DNA of 63,808 nt, filler included, from Nemertoderma westbladi (Eukaryota > Animalia > Xenacoelomorpha), in NCBI GenBank assembly GCA_032718475.1. It is 4 parts of 4 records of this genome, joined end to end, with 100 filler letters (N's around TTAATTAATTAA, not from the genome) between each part and the next. Parts side by side here need not be neighbours in the genome. Positions count along the whole stretch, not along the records: positions 1 to 20,755 come from JAUCBJ010006566.1; positions 20,856 to 47,189 come from JAUCBJ010001258.1; 2 more parts are not named here. One strand, 5' to 3'. Shown here piece after piece: positions 13,401 through 25,300 of the stretch; position 1 is the stretch's first letter; each line of letters starts with the position of its first letter. The notes beneath the pieces were generated by a model that was not told where the DNA came from, made no database searches, and saw nothing but the letters and a program-made list of their open reading frames with translations. The translations under genes were made by a program, and so were the position numbers.

Positions 13401-16400
13401 GTACGGCCCCTACCTGCTTGAACTGCAACAAGCTCGCGTTGTGCCATTGTATCAGTATCCTGGTTATTACCAAGAATCTTCTAAGCATGTTTTTACGCAC
13501 ACGGATGCCAGTCATCAACAAACAGAAACGTGATTGGCGTAAGTTTGTGGTTCTGCATCCCAGTTGTTAGATACAAAACGTATCTCCTTTTCTTTCACTG
13601 GCCATTCTTGAGATTTATATCAAGTTACATTTCCTGGCTTGGCCTCTTCAAAAAGTCTTAAGTACTTTAGGGTGGTGCGTTTTTTACTTTTTTTCGATTT
13701 CATTGTTCTACCGGTGCACAAAAGTTGCCAAATGGTAAAAAAATAAGGCAAAAAGAATTTCTCTAAATCCTTTTTATTTCAACCCTGATACAAGTATAGA
13801 GGATATTTTGCTTTCTCTAAGTGAAGCACTTACCTTCACAAATCCTGAAGTACCGATTATACTTGGGGGTGATTTTAACTGTCGAATTGACGATGGAGCG
13901 CCTGGAAACCATGGATTGGATCTCACGACAAACCTACAATCCCTCGGATTCACATTGCAAAACACAGCTTCTGATTGTACTTACTACTCCCCCCAAGGAA
14001 CGAGCACAATCGACCTTTGGTACACTCGTAGTCCAACAGACATAGATATATGTGTGTGCATCAGTTGCTATACGATTACACCCGATACGCAAACACCAAC
14101 GTGCCGATTTACAGATTGTTCTAACCTCTCACAACGAATGTATTGATAGACCAGGTCCACATCTGTCACGAAAGTTGAATACTGACATCCTTGAAGAACA
14201 GCTCCGGTCCCATGATATAATTTCCCATCTTTTAGAAAACGACATGGATGCTGATGTTGATGAAATCAATGTCACAATCTCAGCTGCTTCACAAAAACGC
14301 TCTAAATCACACTCTCACCATCAACTCTGGTATGACGAAGAATGCAAATCTAAGAAATGTGATCCTTGGGATCCTTGACGGATCCCAAGGGGGTTGAAAT
14401 TTTAAGCCTTCATGATGCACCACAATGACATTTATAACTATATAACACATTGATGAAAGATCAATGACTCAAGAAATTACTTCCTGCATGCATCAAATGT
14501 CATCAAATGGGTCCAAACTTAGCTAGAAACCAACATTTTGATGTTTGGATCGAGGGAACTAGTGCCACAGGCACATGGCCAGAACCTACCCTTTGGCGCA
14601 AGTGATGAGTATTCTCAAATTTTGCGATGCTCATTAGAACCACAATGACCGATTTAGTGGGGGTAGACACCTTCAAAACAAACTTAGAGCTAATAGTTCT
14701 TGAGATAACGCAGAAAATGTGAAGTCCGGCACAAGTCTACATTACCGCCTTGAAGCGATATGGGCAAATACACTAACAATGATGCTTTGAATTATCTTAA
14801 AGGCATCAAAAATATACACATCACTGCAACAAATTGATTTAGTGTATACAGACACCTTCAAAATGAAAGAGCAGTAATTAGTTCACTATAGTTTTTGTAC
14901 GAAATGTGTGGAATGGGTCAACTCAATCTCAATATCAAGTATCAATAAATTGGTTGATATAGTCTTGACATTTTGTAAAATAACTCAAGAACTAATGACT
15001 CTACTCTTATTTTGAAGGTGTCTTCACCCATTATATCGATCATTTCTGTGATGTGTCTATTCATGATTCCTTGAGATAATTCAAAGTATCATTTTTACTA
15101 TTTGTCCATATCACATCAAGGCGGTAATGTAGTCTTGTGCCGGACTTCACATTTTCAGCGATATTTCAAGAACTATTCGCTCTACGTTTGTTTTGAAGGT
15201 GTCTACCCCCACTAAATCGGCCATTGCGGTTCTAATAAGCATACTATTAATGCAGTAGGAGTACTAAAAGTTGGCCATCGCGAAAATTGAGAATAATCGT
15301 CACTTGCGCCAAAGGGTAGGTTCTGGCCATGTGCCTGTGGCACTAGTTCCCTTGATTCAAAAATCAAAATGTTGGTTTCTAGCTAAGTTTGGACCCATTT
15401 GATGCATGTAGGAAGTTATATCTTGAGTCATTGATCTTTCATCAATGTGTTATATTGTTATAAAATTCATTATGGTGCATCGCGAAGGCTCAAAATTTCA
15501 ACCCCCTGATCCGTGAATATATAGACAACATTTATAGAATTTTTTTTTGCCTTATTTTTTTACCATTTGGCAACTTTTGTGCACCGGTAGAACAATGAAA
15601 TCGAAAAAAAGTAAAAAACGCACCGCCCTAAAGTACATATTATATGGTTTGCACTATCAGCCTTTGGACAACCCAACCCCCCCCCCCCCCCCCCCCCCCT
15701 GCCTCCCTCACGGGGATTCTTTCTTGTATTGGAATATTTTCAATCATAAATCCGTATGTCGTTAATTATTACTTAATTTGTTCTCCGTTTTCACAGATCG
15801 CCACGGTTTCATTCAACCTACCCAGCAGTAACGTCACCAAGGTGGACACCAACAACTCCCATTGCTATGACAACGTTACGAACACCGCTCGCATCACTCT
15901 GAACTTCCGAACGAACTGGTCGCTCCAGATGACCTTCGCCAAGATGAATAAATCCGCGTTACTAACGGCCGACAACTCGAAGAAACAGTACGGAATGACG
16001 GAGTTTGTGTTCACTTACAACGCCAGTGATAGTCACGTGTTTCCTGACAACAAACTCAAAGGTTCCTATATTTATATTAATTAATTTAACTTAAATAGAA
16101 ATTTTTTACTTTTACTAAAAAATTATAGACTTTATTTCTAAAAAAATTATGTTTCTTATTTAGCGGGAAATAAAATAGAATAATTAACCGCGTCGACGGA
16201 GGAAAAGCAATGAACTGAAAAATACAATTCGTAGACCTAGAAACATTTATTAAGATCCCCAAGAGTTGTACCCGGTATATTATATTGTGCTATATTAGTA
16301 TTTCATCTAGAGTTATAATAAATGCTTTCGCTCTATAACATTTCGCTTTTAATATTTGGCGTTAAACAATTTTCAATAAATTAATGCGATAATCCTGTCT

Positions 16401-17014
16401 ATCCTCTCTCAGGTATTGTGTCGGCCCATTTGTTATCTAATTCGAGTTTCTTTAACACCAACTTGGGTAAATCCTATGTCTGTAAATCCAAGGCGAGTTT
16501 GTCTCTTACGGACAATGTTACCGCGGTTGTTCAGGACATCCATCTGCAGCCGTTGGACGTTAAGAACGGAACATTCGCCGATGGTAAGAATTTATATTAA
16601 CTAATTAAATCGATGGGGTATTACTGTTTAGTTTAGTAGATATTAATTTATTTATTATAACTATTTATATTAAACTGTATAAAGTTGGGATTAATAATAG
16701 ACAACAGCGATGTGGTTTTACAGTAAGAGCGAAGAGAGGCAGGCGATATCTACGAGTTGTGTTACCTTATAGAGTGTTACTTACACCGTTATGTACGTAA
16801 TTCCCCTAAAAAATATTGAAATATTAATTTTTCTTTATTATTTATTAATTAATTATCCTTGATTTTAGCCCAAACCTGCACTGCCGACGATACCGGTAAC
16901 AACATCGTGCCTATAGCCGTTGGCTGCGCTCTGGCCGCACTCGTTATCATTGTGCTCGTCGCCTATCTGATTGGCCGATCGCGACAGAACAAAAGAGGTT
17001 ACCAGCAGGTCTAA
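1345..17014 (+). CDS. LAMP1: Lysosome-associated membrane glycoprotein (LAMP1/2-like, two luminal domains); coding exons 1345-1451, 5243-5462, 10614-10787, 12146-12387, 15797-16061, 16413-16583, 16869-17014; signal-peptide exon presumably upstream of the window
   Basis: All exons are bounded by AG/GT with matching phases. The spliced protein has two LAMP domains (KVCLMVQM / KTCMMVDI, SYKC / SYVC, QLQAF / HLQPL), a P/T-rich hinge, many N-x-S/T sequons, a TM segment IVPIAVGCALAALVIIVLVAYLIG and the GYQQV* lysosomal sorting motif. Orthology to LAMP1 specifically is not established. Confidence 0.93.
1500..1700 (-). mobile_element. Short RTE-clade reverse transcriptase fragment
   Basis: TDTDFADDIALLSNTVTDAQLLLNKV, an RTE-type FADD motif. 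Confidence 0.7.
2228..4475 (-). mobile_element. 3' fragment of an RTE-X-like LINE (ORF end and 3' UTR), split by a nested insertion
   Basis: ORF 4200..4472 (FYGSSLWDL...LLTSLK) continues as PSIRFLAELFLFDCRS (2980-2700) once 2982-4232 is removed; AATAAA-like tail near 2230-2250 on the minus strand. Confidence 0.65.
2982..4232 (-). mobile_element. 5'-truncated RTE-X-like non-LTR retrotransposon (RT domain, ORF 3200..4231)
   Basis: FVDSSKAFD, GVKQGGILS and MYADD motifs; (TAAA)n tail at about 2985-3012. Confidence 0.85.
5035..5135 (-). mobile_element. About 100-bp fragment of the RTE 5' UTR
   Basis: Nearly identical to 55665-55758, which lies upstream of the RTE endonuclease frame. Confidence 0.65.
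5243..5462 (+). CDS. LAMP1: LAMP exon (IPYTADLPNAKDVTTTGDCDGSSERSITLAW...NPAFMI)
   Basis: tttag| and |gtgggt; 73 codons + 1 nt; LAMP-like GxC..ITLxW motif. Confidence 0.88.
7130..7910. repeat. 39-bp minisatellite (CCACAGATCCTCCTGTACTTCTCACCCTGTCTCCCACAC-like), about 20 copies, with degenerate flanking units
   Basis: Tandem units visible; same family as 43035-47050. Confidence 0.92.
8321..9369 (-). mobile_element. 5'-truncated RTE-clade LINE with (TAG)n tail and 57-bp target-site duplication
   Basis: GVLQGDTLAPFLF, LDFADD and YLGS motifs; identical 57-bp direct repeats at 8264-8320 and 9370-9426. Confidence 0.92.
10614..10787 (+). CDS. LAMP1: LAMP exon (GSIDVTIT...SYKC...EVQLQAFGVSDGKFSN)
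   Basis: aatag| and |gttagt; SYxC and QLQAF motifs. Confidence 0.92.
10950..11930. repeat. Complex AACT/TAAC-based satellite
   Basis: Units such as CTAACTGAGTAAACTTACTAT and CTAACTAATTATCTAA. Confidence 0.9.
12146..12387 (+). CDS. LAMP1: LAMP exon: ECPQD, Pro/Thr hinge, start of domain 2
   Basis: cgcag| and |gtaggt; PTPTP hinge followed by GNYSV..KTCMMV. Confidence 0.92.
12408..12896. mobile_element. hAT-like MITE
   Basis: TIR TAGGGCCTGAAGCGGT / ACCGCTTCAGGCCCTA; 8-bp flanks ACCCACAC / TCCCACAC; subterminal AACCGGTT motifs. Confidence 0.85.
13090..14378 (+). mobile_element. Degenerate LINE remnant (possible ORF1 knuckle and AP-endonuclease fragments)
   Basis: IILGGDFNCRID and TYYSPQGTSTIDLWY endonuclease motifs, then WYDEEC; upstream CLNCNK; frameshifted. 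Confidence 0.65.
13662..15636. mobile_element. TIR element with about 100-bp inverted termini enclosing a LINE fragment and a 1.1-kb foldback
   Basis: GTACTTTAGGGTGGTGCGTTTTTTACT... (13662-13760) is inverted at 15538-15636. Confidence 0.75.
14385..15512. mobile_element. Foldback (palindromic) element, arms about 550 bp
   Basis: GGGGGTTGAAATTT... pairs with ...AAATTTCAACCCCC; internal blocks such as GAACTAGTGCCACAGGCACATGGCCAGAACC recur inverted. Confidence 0.85.
15797..16061 (+). CDS. LAMP1: LAMP exon (IATVSFNLP...HVFPDNKLK)
   Basis: cacag| acceptor and a weak |gttcct donor; phase fits the next exon. Confidence 0.85.
16413..16583 (+). CDS. LAMP1: LAMP exon (GIVSAHLL...GKSYVC...HLQPLDVKNGTFAD)
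   Basis: ctcag| and |gtaaga; GKSYxC motif. Confidence 0.92.
16869..17014 (+). CDS. LAMP1: LAMP last exon: transmembrane helix and GYQQV cytoplasmic tail
   Basis: tttag| acceptor; AQTCTADDTGNNIVPIAVGCALAALVIIVLVAYLIGRSRQNKRGYQQV*. Confidence 0.96.
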
Positions 17015-17671
17015 TTAACTACCGTCGCCTAGCAACAAACTCATATAGAATCGACGCCACAAATATCGCTAAACAATTCCATCGACATATAAATGTAGGA
17101 CATTCATTTATACGGACATTAGAACTTGATTTAATTGATTTTTAACTTTACTATTAATTATTACATAACAATAAGTCGAGTTCCACTATAATATTTACAT
17201 TTCCATTTCGCACTACTATATTTACCGGTAAATAAATACTATCGTATTAATTGCCTCCTTATCCAATAACTCTACTGGATTGTATTAATATTGTAATTAT
17301 ATAGTACCAGCTCCAGCTGTATACAACAAGTCACCTTGTTTATGGTTTTTGTTTATTTCGAATGTTTTATAAAATAAAAGTATTTTTTTTCTTCACTAAA
17401 AGTTTATTTAACCTTTTCATCGTTTAGTTTCTGTTTTATCAAACATTTTAGTTCTTAAATAAATCGCGACTTTGTTTCTGTTGTATTTTGAGCGACAAAC
17501 TTCCTTAATTTCAGGAAACAGAATTTCTGACTTTTCTGTGGCTATTAAATATTTTAACTTCCAGAAATAATTTTAATCAGTTTAAATTACTTGGAAATAA
17601 GTTTTTTGTGTTCTAGAATTATGTTATTTAATGATTATGTTTAATAAACTGGATGAAAAATATTTCAGAGG

Positions 17672-19125
17672 GTCTAAAGTTCTACCAACAGAAATCTAAA
17701 GTTCTACCAACAGAAATCTAAAGTTCTACCCACAGAAATCTAAAGTTCTACCCACAGAAATCTAAAGTTCTACCAACAGAAATCTAAAGTTCTACCCACA
17801 GAAATCTAAAGTTCTACCCACAGAAATCTAAAGTTCTACCCACAGAAATCTAAAGTTCTACCCACAGAAATCTAAAGTTCTACCCACAGAAATCTAAAGT
17901 TCAACCCACAGAAATCTAAAGTTCTACCAACAGAAATCTAAAGTTCAACCCACAGAAATCTAAAGTTCTACCCACAGAAATCTAAAGTTCAACCCACAGA
18001 AATCTAAAGTTCTACCAACAGAAATCTAAAGTTCTACCCACAGAAATCTAAAGTTCTACCCACAGAAATCTAAAGTTCTACCCACAGAAATCTAAAGTTC
18101 TACCCACAGAAATCTAAAGTTCTACCCACAGAAATCTAAAGTTCTACCAACAGAAATCTAAAGTTCTACCCACAGAAATCTAAAGTTCTACCCACAGAAA
18201 TCTAAAGTTCTACCCACGGAAATATAAAGTTCTACCCACAGAAATCTAAAGTTCTACCCACAGAAATCTAAAGTTCTACCCACAGAATTCTAAAGTTCAA
18301 CCCACAGAAATCTAAAGTTCTACCAACAGAAATCTAAAGTTCAACCCACAGAAATCTAAAGTTCTACCCACAGAAATCTAAAGTTCAACCCACAGAAATC
18401 TAAAGTTCTACCAACAGAAATCTAAAGTTCAACCCACAGAAATCTAAAGTTCTACCCACAGAAATCTAAAGTTCAACCCACAGAAATCTAAAGTTCTACC
18501 AACAGAAATCTAAAGTTCAACCCACAGAAATCTAAAGTTCTACCAACAGAAATCTAAAGTTCAACCCACAGAAATCTAAAGTTCTACCAACAGAAATCTA
18601 AAGTTAAACCCACAGAAATCTAAAGTTCTACCAACAGAAATCTAAAGTTCAACCCACAGAAATCTAAAGTTCTACCCACAGAAATCTAAAGTTCTACCCA
18701 CAGAAATCTAAAGTTCAACCCACAGAAATCTAAAGTTCAACCCACAGAAATCTAAAGTTCTACCAGCAGAAATCTAAAGTTAAACCCACAGAAATCTAAA
18801 GTTCTACCAACAGAAATCTAAAGTTCAACCCACAGAAATCTAAAGTTCTACCCACAGAAATCTAAAGTTCAACCCACAGAAATCTAAAGTTCTACCAACA
18901 GAAATCTAAAGTTCAACCCACAGAAATCTAAAGTTCTACCCACAGAAATCTAAAGTTCAACCCACAGAAATCTAAAGTTCTACCAACAGAAATCTAAAGT
19001 TCTACCCACAGAAATCTAAAGTTCTACCCACAGAAATCTAAAGTTCTACCCACAGAAATCTAAAGTTCTACCCACAGAAATCTAAAGTTCTACCCACAGA
19101 AATCTAAAGTTCTACCCACAGAAAA
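17672..19125. repeat. 22-bp tandem satellite (CAGAAATCTAAAGTTCTACCCA), about 65 copies
   Basis: Visible tandem array with no spacers. Confidence 0.95.
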
Positions 19126-20755
19126 TAATGGTGCTTTACAAATATTACGTTCTAGAGTTTATTCTTGTTGATTAAACATTATCTCCACTTAAAATTATAT
19201 TATTTTTGCGCTAAATAACAAATAACTTAATCATGGAAGTTCTGATAATATGTTTTAAATTGTTTCTTATTCACATTATTGTTTTGATATTGATATTTAT
19301 CTGCTCTCTAACAAGAACTAACTAAATCACGCTGTCTATCCGTTTTGAGTTCCACATATTTTTTCTTTCGCTCAATAGGCCTGAGTTATTGTGGAGGATA
19401 TTGTGGTTTAGTGTTTTGGTCAAGTTTATTACTATTGTCACTTTGAACAATAATAAAAACTGTATTTTAACTTAAGTTCCCTTATAATATCTAATAAATT
19501 CGTCTTGTGAGAGTTTATAAGATTACGAGTTGGTGTGACAACACAGTTTGCTGCAACCAGCGCAGCAGAAGTTTCCATAAAATTCAATAGATGACACTGA
19601 CGCACAACAATTATTAAAACATGTCTAGGACTGCGAAGTGACTAACGTATTAATACCCAGTATTTTTGTGCTACTACTTTTTCTCTCTAAAACTTATGCA
19701 TTAATATTTTTACGTAATGTTCTCATAACGGAACTCCTTAGCTAGAATATATTGAGCTATTTCTCCTTTAAATATTAATTTACGGATAATATGTATTTTC
19801 CTAATTTGTTTGATTATTGATTATTATAATTATTGTAGATTAATAATATAACATAATAAATATACAATGTGTTTCTTCTTAATGTGGATTGTGTACGAGG
19901 GAAATTCAAAATTAAATTTATTGCGCATTCAGAAAGTTGACGAATAACCAAAAAAAAAACAACAATAAAAATATTGAAATACAGCAATGGAGGTGTCATT
20001 GCATAGAAACCACAATTCCGGGCAGAATTCGTTTTGAGAAAATGGAGAATGAAGTTGTGTAGGTATGTTTAATTTTATTGAACATAAAAGTTTTGATAAA
20101 ATTTATGTTTTGTCCGACTGTCCGTTTCTCTGTCTGTCTGTCTGTCAAACATATGAGTAAGTTTACTAAATGACTACAATTTACGTTATGGGGGAATTTG
20201 TGGGCGGTGATTTCATTTCCGATGTCAGTTTTTATGTTTTATGGATTTAAGACTGTTTGTATGGTTTTCGGACAGACAAAACAGAGAGACACACATTCAG
20301 TTTAGATCACTTCAACCATGAAAACTGAAATCGTATATTATGGAGTTTGAGATCAGAAGAACCTCAATGGAAATTTAGTCAGCTAATATGCTTCTTTATC
20401 GTGCTCCTTATCTTTCTAAAAGTACCCAATGCTTCCTGACTGACAAAACTTTATTATATTTTGCTTAACCGTAGGCCTACCCTATTAAACTATTAAAATT
20501 TGTTATAACTCTGAAACAAACGTAGTTGGTAATCTAAAATTTTATGACTTTTCATAAAAATCAATTGTCTTCCTAATAGTGAAAACCGTTTTCAAATCTA
20601 TTGGGAAGTTATCGAGTTATAGCACCATTTTTTAACCCTACTTCAGGCACTTTTTTGAGACTTTTGAAAATTACATTTCATGAAATATGATTTGTATCAT
20701 CTCTTTTTATGATTTACACCGGTTTTTTGGTGTTTGCAATTATAGATGGAATTCA

Positions 20756-20855
20756 NNNNNNNNNNNNNNNNNNNNNNNNNNNNNNNNNNNNNNNNNNNNT
20801 TAATTAATTAANNNNNNNNNNNNNNNNNNNNNNNNNNNNNNNNNNNNNNNNNNNN
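20756..20855. other. Assembly gap with artificial TTAATTAATTAA linker
   Basis: N44-TTAATTAATTAA-N44; the same construct occurs at 47190 and 56769. Confidence 0.97.
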
Positions 20856-21021
20856 ATTGAGTGGTGATGTACAGGTACCGGTACTTCACTTGATGTAGGC
20901 AACTGACTGACAGACTGGCTGATCTCCAAAATAATTAGGCCTAACTCTGTAACTACCGCGATACCGGTAAGACGCTAAACTCGTTGGCCAGCACCGCCCC
21001 TCCGCACCAACTGTTCACAAA

Positions 21022-21729
21022 ATGACTCGATGGCAAGACGTAGGTGACGATATTCTGGATTCTCTCGAAATCCTTAAAAACGAATTGAAATCCCTCAGTG
21101 GTATCAAAGACGACGTCGCGGCAATAAAAGATACTCTAAAGATTATCCCCAGCATGATAAAAAACATTGATCATCTAGTCAAAGAAAACAAGCAGCTAAA
21201 AGCAGAAAACGAAGAGTTGGCCCAGTACTCTCGCCGTCACGATATCTTAATTCATGCTGTACCAGAAAACACCAACCCAGATGAAGAACGTTCCGTTGTC
21301 TTTGATATTACAAATAAACTCGGAATTCCTCCTTCTATGATCGATGTGTTCCACAGGCTAGGCAAGAAAATCAAGGAAAGGGCTGCTGGAGACGGTAAAG
21401 TTAAATGTCGCCCTATTATAATACGCTTTCTAGGCCACGCTTCTCGACTACAAGCTATCCGGAGTAAAAAATCGTTGCCAAATCCGTTATACGTAACGGA
21501 ACATCTAATTCCATCCCGTGCTGAGCTGTACAACAAAGCGCGTGAGCTACAACGTAAACACGAAATACGAGCGGTATATTCATTCAATGGAGTTGTTATG
21601 ATTCGCATTAAAGAAAATGATTTACCACTGCGCATTGCAAACCAATCCGACCTTGAGTCGTTGACTACCCTACCAACTAGGAAAACCATTGATCGTCGTA
21701 GCCCACCAATCCCAAACTCTTCTGGATAA
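21022..21729 (+). CDS. LINE ORF1p (coiled coil, RRM-like and C-terminal domain)
   Basis: Heptad region, QYSRRHDILIHAVPE, HRLG, RPIIIRF and YVTEHL motifs typical of this ORF1 type. Confidence 0.85.
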   Translation: MTRWQDVGDDILDSLEILKNELKSLSGIKDDVAAIKDTLKIIPSMIKNIDHLVKENKQLKAENEELAQYSRRHDILIHAVPENTNPDEERSVVFDITNKLGIPPSMIDVFHRLGKKIKERAAGDGKVKCRPIIIRFLGHASRLQAIRSKKSLPNPLYVTEHLIPSRAELYNKARELQRKHEIRAVYSFNGVVMIRIKENDLPLRIANQSDLESLTTLPTRKTIDRRSPPIPNSSG

Positions 21730-22301
21730 TTCGAATCGAGCCTAACTCGACACTGAATGCAGTGTTGAGCGATGTCATGTACTACCCACTGTACTGTTGC
21801 AGCTTCATTTCACCTATTGGTCGTGGGCTATTACTGTACTATTGGCTCTGTTAGCCTTTAATTTGTTGTTATTCTATGTAAGCGTACCGGTATCGTAGGT
21901 TAAAATTTTTTTTTTGAAGGGATAATAATTGAACTTATATATGTTTCAACGATAGATCCATTTGGACTATTTAACAGAAAGATAATAATCGCCACAAATG
22001 AAAAACACTAGCCCTATCTCTAAGTTTTGAACGGACCAATCTTTACTTTATTTTATTTTCTTTCTGATGAAAACCTTTATTACGGATAAAGTCAAATTTA
22101 AATTAATACCGTTTTTGATTATCCCATTCACTATATATATATATATATATTACTGTTAGTTCTAAAATATTTCTTATAATTAATTGATATATTATGTCAT
22201 GTCAGTCAGGTGTATACGTCATGATTTATAGTGGTTAATATTACTACTAACATCATTCGCTTATCATTTCATATCATCTCACCCGCTTTACTAAACGCCC
22301 C

Positions 22302-25300
22302 ATGCATGAACCCTCTACCCCTTCATGCGCGCTCTGCTTCTCTCAATTTATCTCCTCGGACTACTACTTTAAATGTAATATTTGCGGCCATTCATATCAT
22401 GCACAATGTGGATCTTACCAATCCAGCTCTGAGATAGAAGCCACCCCAATGTCCTATGTCTACTGTATATTCTGTAATTTCGATATATTTCCGTTTTCCG
22501 TTGTAGACAATAATGACAGCGACATTTTTCACTATTTTTCTCCTGAAATAAATGATGACACAGACTCAAACATTATAAACCAAACATTTAGCCAGCTTGA
22601 CCCCGAAAATAATACAGTCTCACTTAATATAAATATAAATAACGGTTATTTTACAGAAGATACTTTTAACAACGACTTTAAAAATTTAGATAATACAGGC
22701 CTAAAAATATTCCACCTTAATGCTCGCAGCTTACCCAAAAATAAATCTGATATTGAAACTTTTCTCTTAACATTAACTACCAAATTCGATGTCATCACAT
22801 TTTCAGAAACTTTTTTAGACAGTAACTCAAATTTAAATGAAATCACTTTTCCCGGTTTTCACACCCCTTATCTTGACATCCGGAAAACAGGCGACAAATT
22901 AAATCGTGGTGGTACTGCTATCTATGTCAAGGAATCCCTGGATGTGTCCCCACGTCCTGATTTAAAAATGAATGGTCTTGAAAATTCATGGGTGCAAATC
23001 AAAAGACCACAAAATGCCAAGCCCTTAATTCTAGGCACTATTTACCGTAGACATTCTGTACTCCCTACTGATTTTCTTGAATTACTCGATCTAGCTCTAA
23101 CTGAACTTACTAAAAACAACTATGATGTAATTATCACAGGAGATATTAATATTAACCTTCTAAAATCAACCACTACTTCCAAATCCTATACTGACCTCAT
23201 TAATTCCTACGGTTTTATACAACTTATCAACCAACCTACACGTGTTTTTCATAATGAACTACCCGATCAGACAATACACTCTGAAACTCTTATAGATCAT
23301 ATACTTACAAACATTACTAATTATACTACTACAGCCGGTACTTTTAACTCACAAATAGGCACTTCTGATCACTATGCTACATTCGTTATCCTCCAGAAGT
23401 ACTCCTGTTACTTTCATCCAGCAGCTCCACACACAATATTCGATTACTCGCGTTTTAACAAGGATCAATTTCTGAGAGACGTAGCCAGTAGTAAATCTTG
23501 GTCTTATCTAACTCCAACTATAGCCGACAAGGACAAACTAGACTCTTTCTACTCCGATTTTAATTCTATCTGCGACAAACATTTACCTAAGAAATCTATT
23601 CCACCCCGTAAAAAATTATCTAAACCCTGGATGACTGATAATCTTATCAAAAGCTCCATTAATAAAAACAAATTATACAGAATTTACATTAGGAATCCTA
23701 CCCCTGCTAATACTCTTGCTTACAAAACCTATAGGAATAAATTAACTTCTACTCTAAGGGCTGCCGAGAAGGCCTATTACTCTAGTGGATTCGAAACTAA
23801 CTCAGGTAACATACGCAAAACATGGATAATTATAAACTCTGCATTAAATAAAACAAAACATTTAAATACTCCAAAAAAACTAACTATCCGTACTGATAAT
23901 TCTGCCAAAACCATCACCGACCCAAAGCAAATTGCTGAAGCTTTCAACCTACACTTTACTACCATAGGACCTAAACTAGCCAACGATATTCCTAAATCCA
24001 ACCGCTCCCCACTACGCTTCATTAACCACACTCGCTCTAACTCATTTTCACTGGTAGAGACATCCCCTGTCGAAGTCGAATATCTAATCCTCCAATTAGA
24101 CCCCAAATCTGCATCTCATGATTGTTTCCCCATTAAACTATTACAGTTGTCTGCTAAATTACTATCTATTCATCTATCTCACCTAATTAACCTATCGATA
24201 ACTCAAGGCTTCTTCCCTAAGGCTCTTAAATCGGCCAAAGTCATTCCCGTATTCAAGAGTGCCGACCCATCGGACACTAATAACTACCGACCTATTTCTC
24301 TTCTACCCGTAATAAGCAAACTGTACGAATCCATAATTAATAACCAACTACTCTCGTACCTAAAAAAATATTCCATATTGTCTAATTCTCAATTCGGCTT
24401 TCGCCCTAAATCTACAACATCCCATGCTCTGCTATCCGTTGTAGAGAATATTCACAAATACTTAGACCAAAAACTATTCACCAGTGCTATCTATATAGAT
24501 CTAAAAAAGGCTTTCGACACTATTGATCACTCTATCCTAACCTCTAAGCTAAACTCCTATGGTATCCGGGGAATACCACAGCAACTACTCTCAAGCTTCC
24601 TAGATTCTAGAACCCAATTTGTTTCTATCGGTAACCACCATTCTTCTAGTTTACCTATTACATGTGGTGTCCCACAAGGCGCCACTATCTCGCCAATCCT
24701 ATTCCTATTGTATATCAACGACCTTCCCAATGCTACCTCACTAATCTCAACATTATTTGCTGACGACACAACTCTTCGTATAACTAAACCTAATCTGGAC
24801 TCTTTAATCTCCATAACTAACTCTGAATTATCTAAGATTGCGGACTGGCTATCAGACAACCGTCTATCTCTCAATCTATCTAAGACTGAATATGCTATAT
24901 ACTCTAATTACCCTAATACTCACTCCGACCCAATACTAATTAACCATTCCCCCATTACTCGGAAACCACATTCTAAATTTCTAGGGGTTCTAGTAGATGA
25001 CAACTTAAACTGGAAATCTCACATTAAACATATTACGTCTAAAATCTCTAGAACCTCCGGAATATTCTACAAACTGCGTCACATATTTCCCCTTCGTATA
25101 CTTCGCCAACTATATTTTTCACTTGTACACCCCTATTTATTGTATGGCATTCTACTCTGGGGCAAAACCCATTCTTATACCCTACAACCCCTACGTATAA
25201 AAATAAACAAACTCCTCCGCTGTATTACTTTCTCGCACTACCGAGCTTCTTCTAAACCTATCTATAAGTCTCTCGGCATCCTACCTATTGACCTCCTCTA

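Noticed and set aside
20756-20855. TTAATTAATTAA motif within N runs (three occurrences)
   Set aside because: Artificial scaffolding linker with stops in all six frames, not biological sequence.
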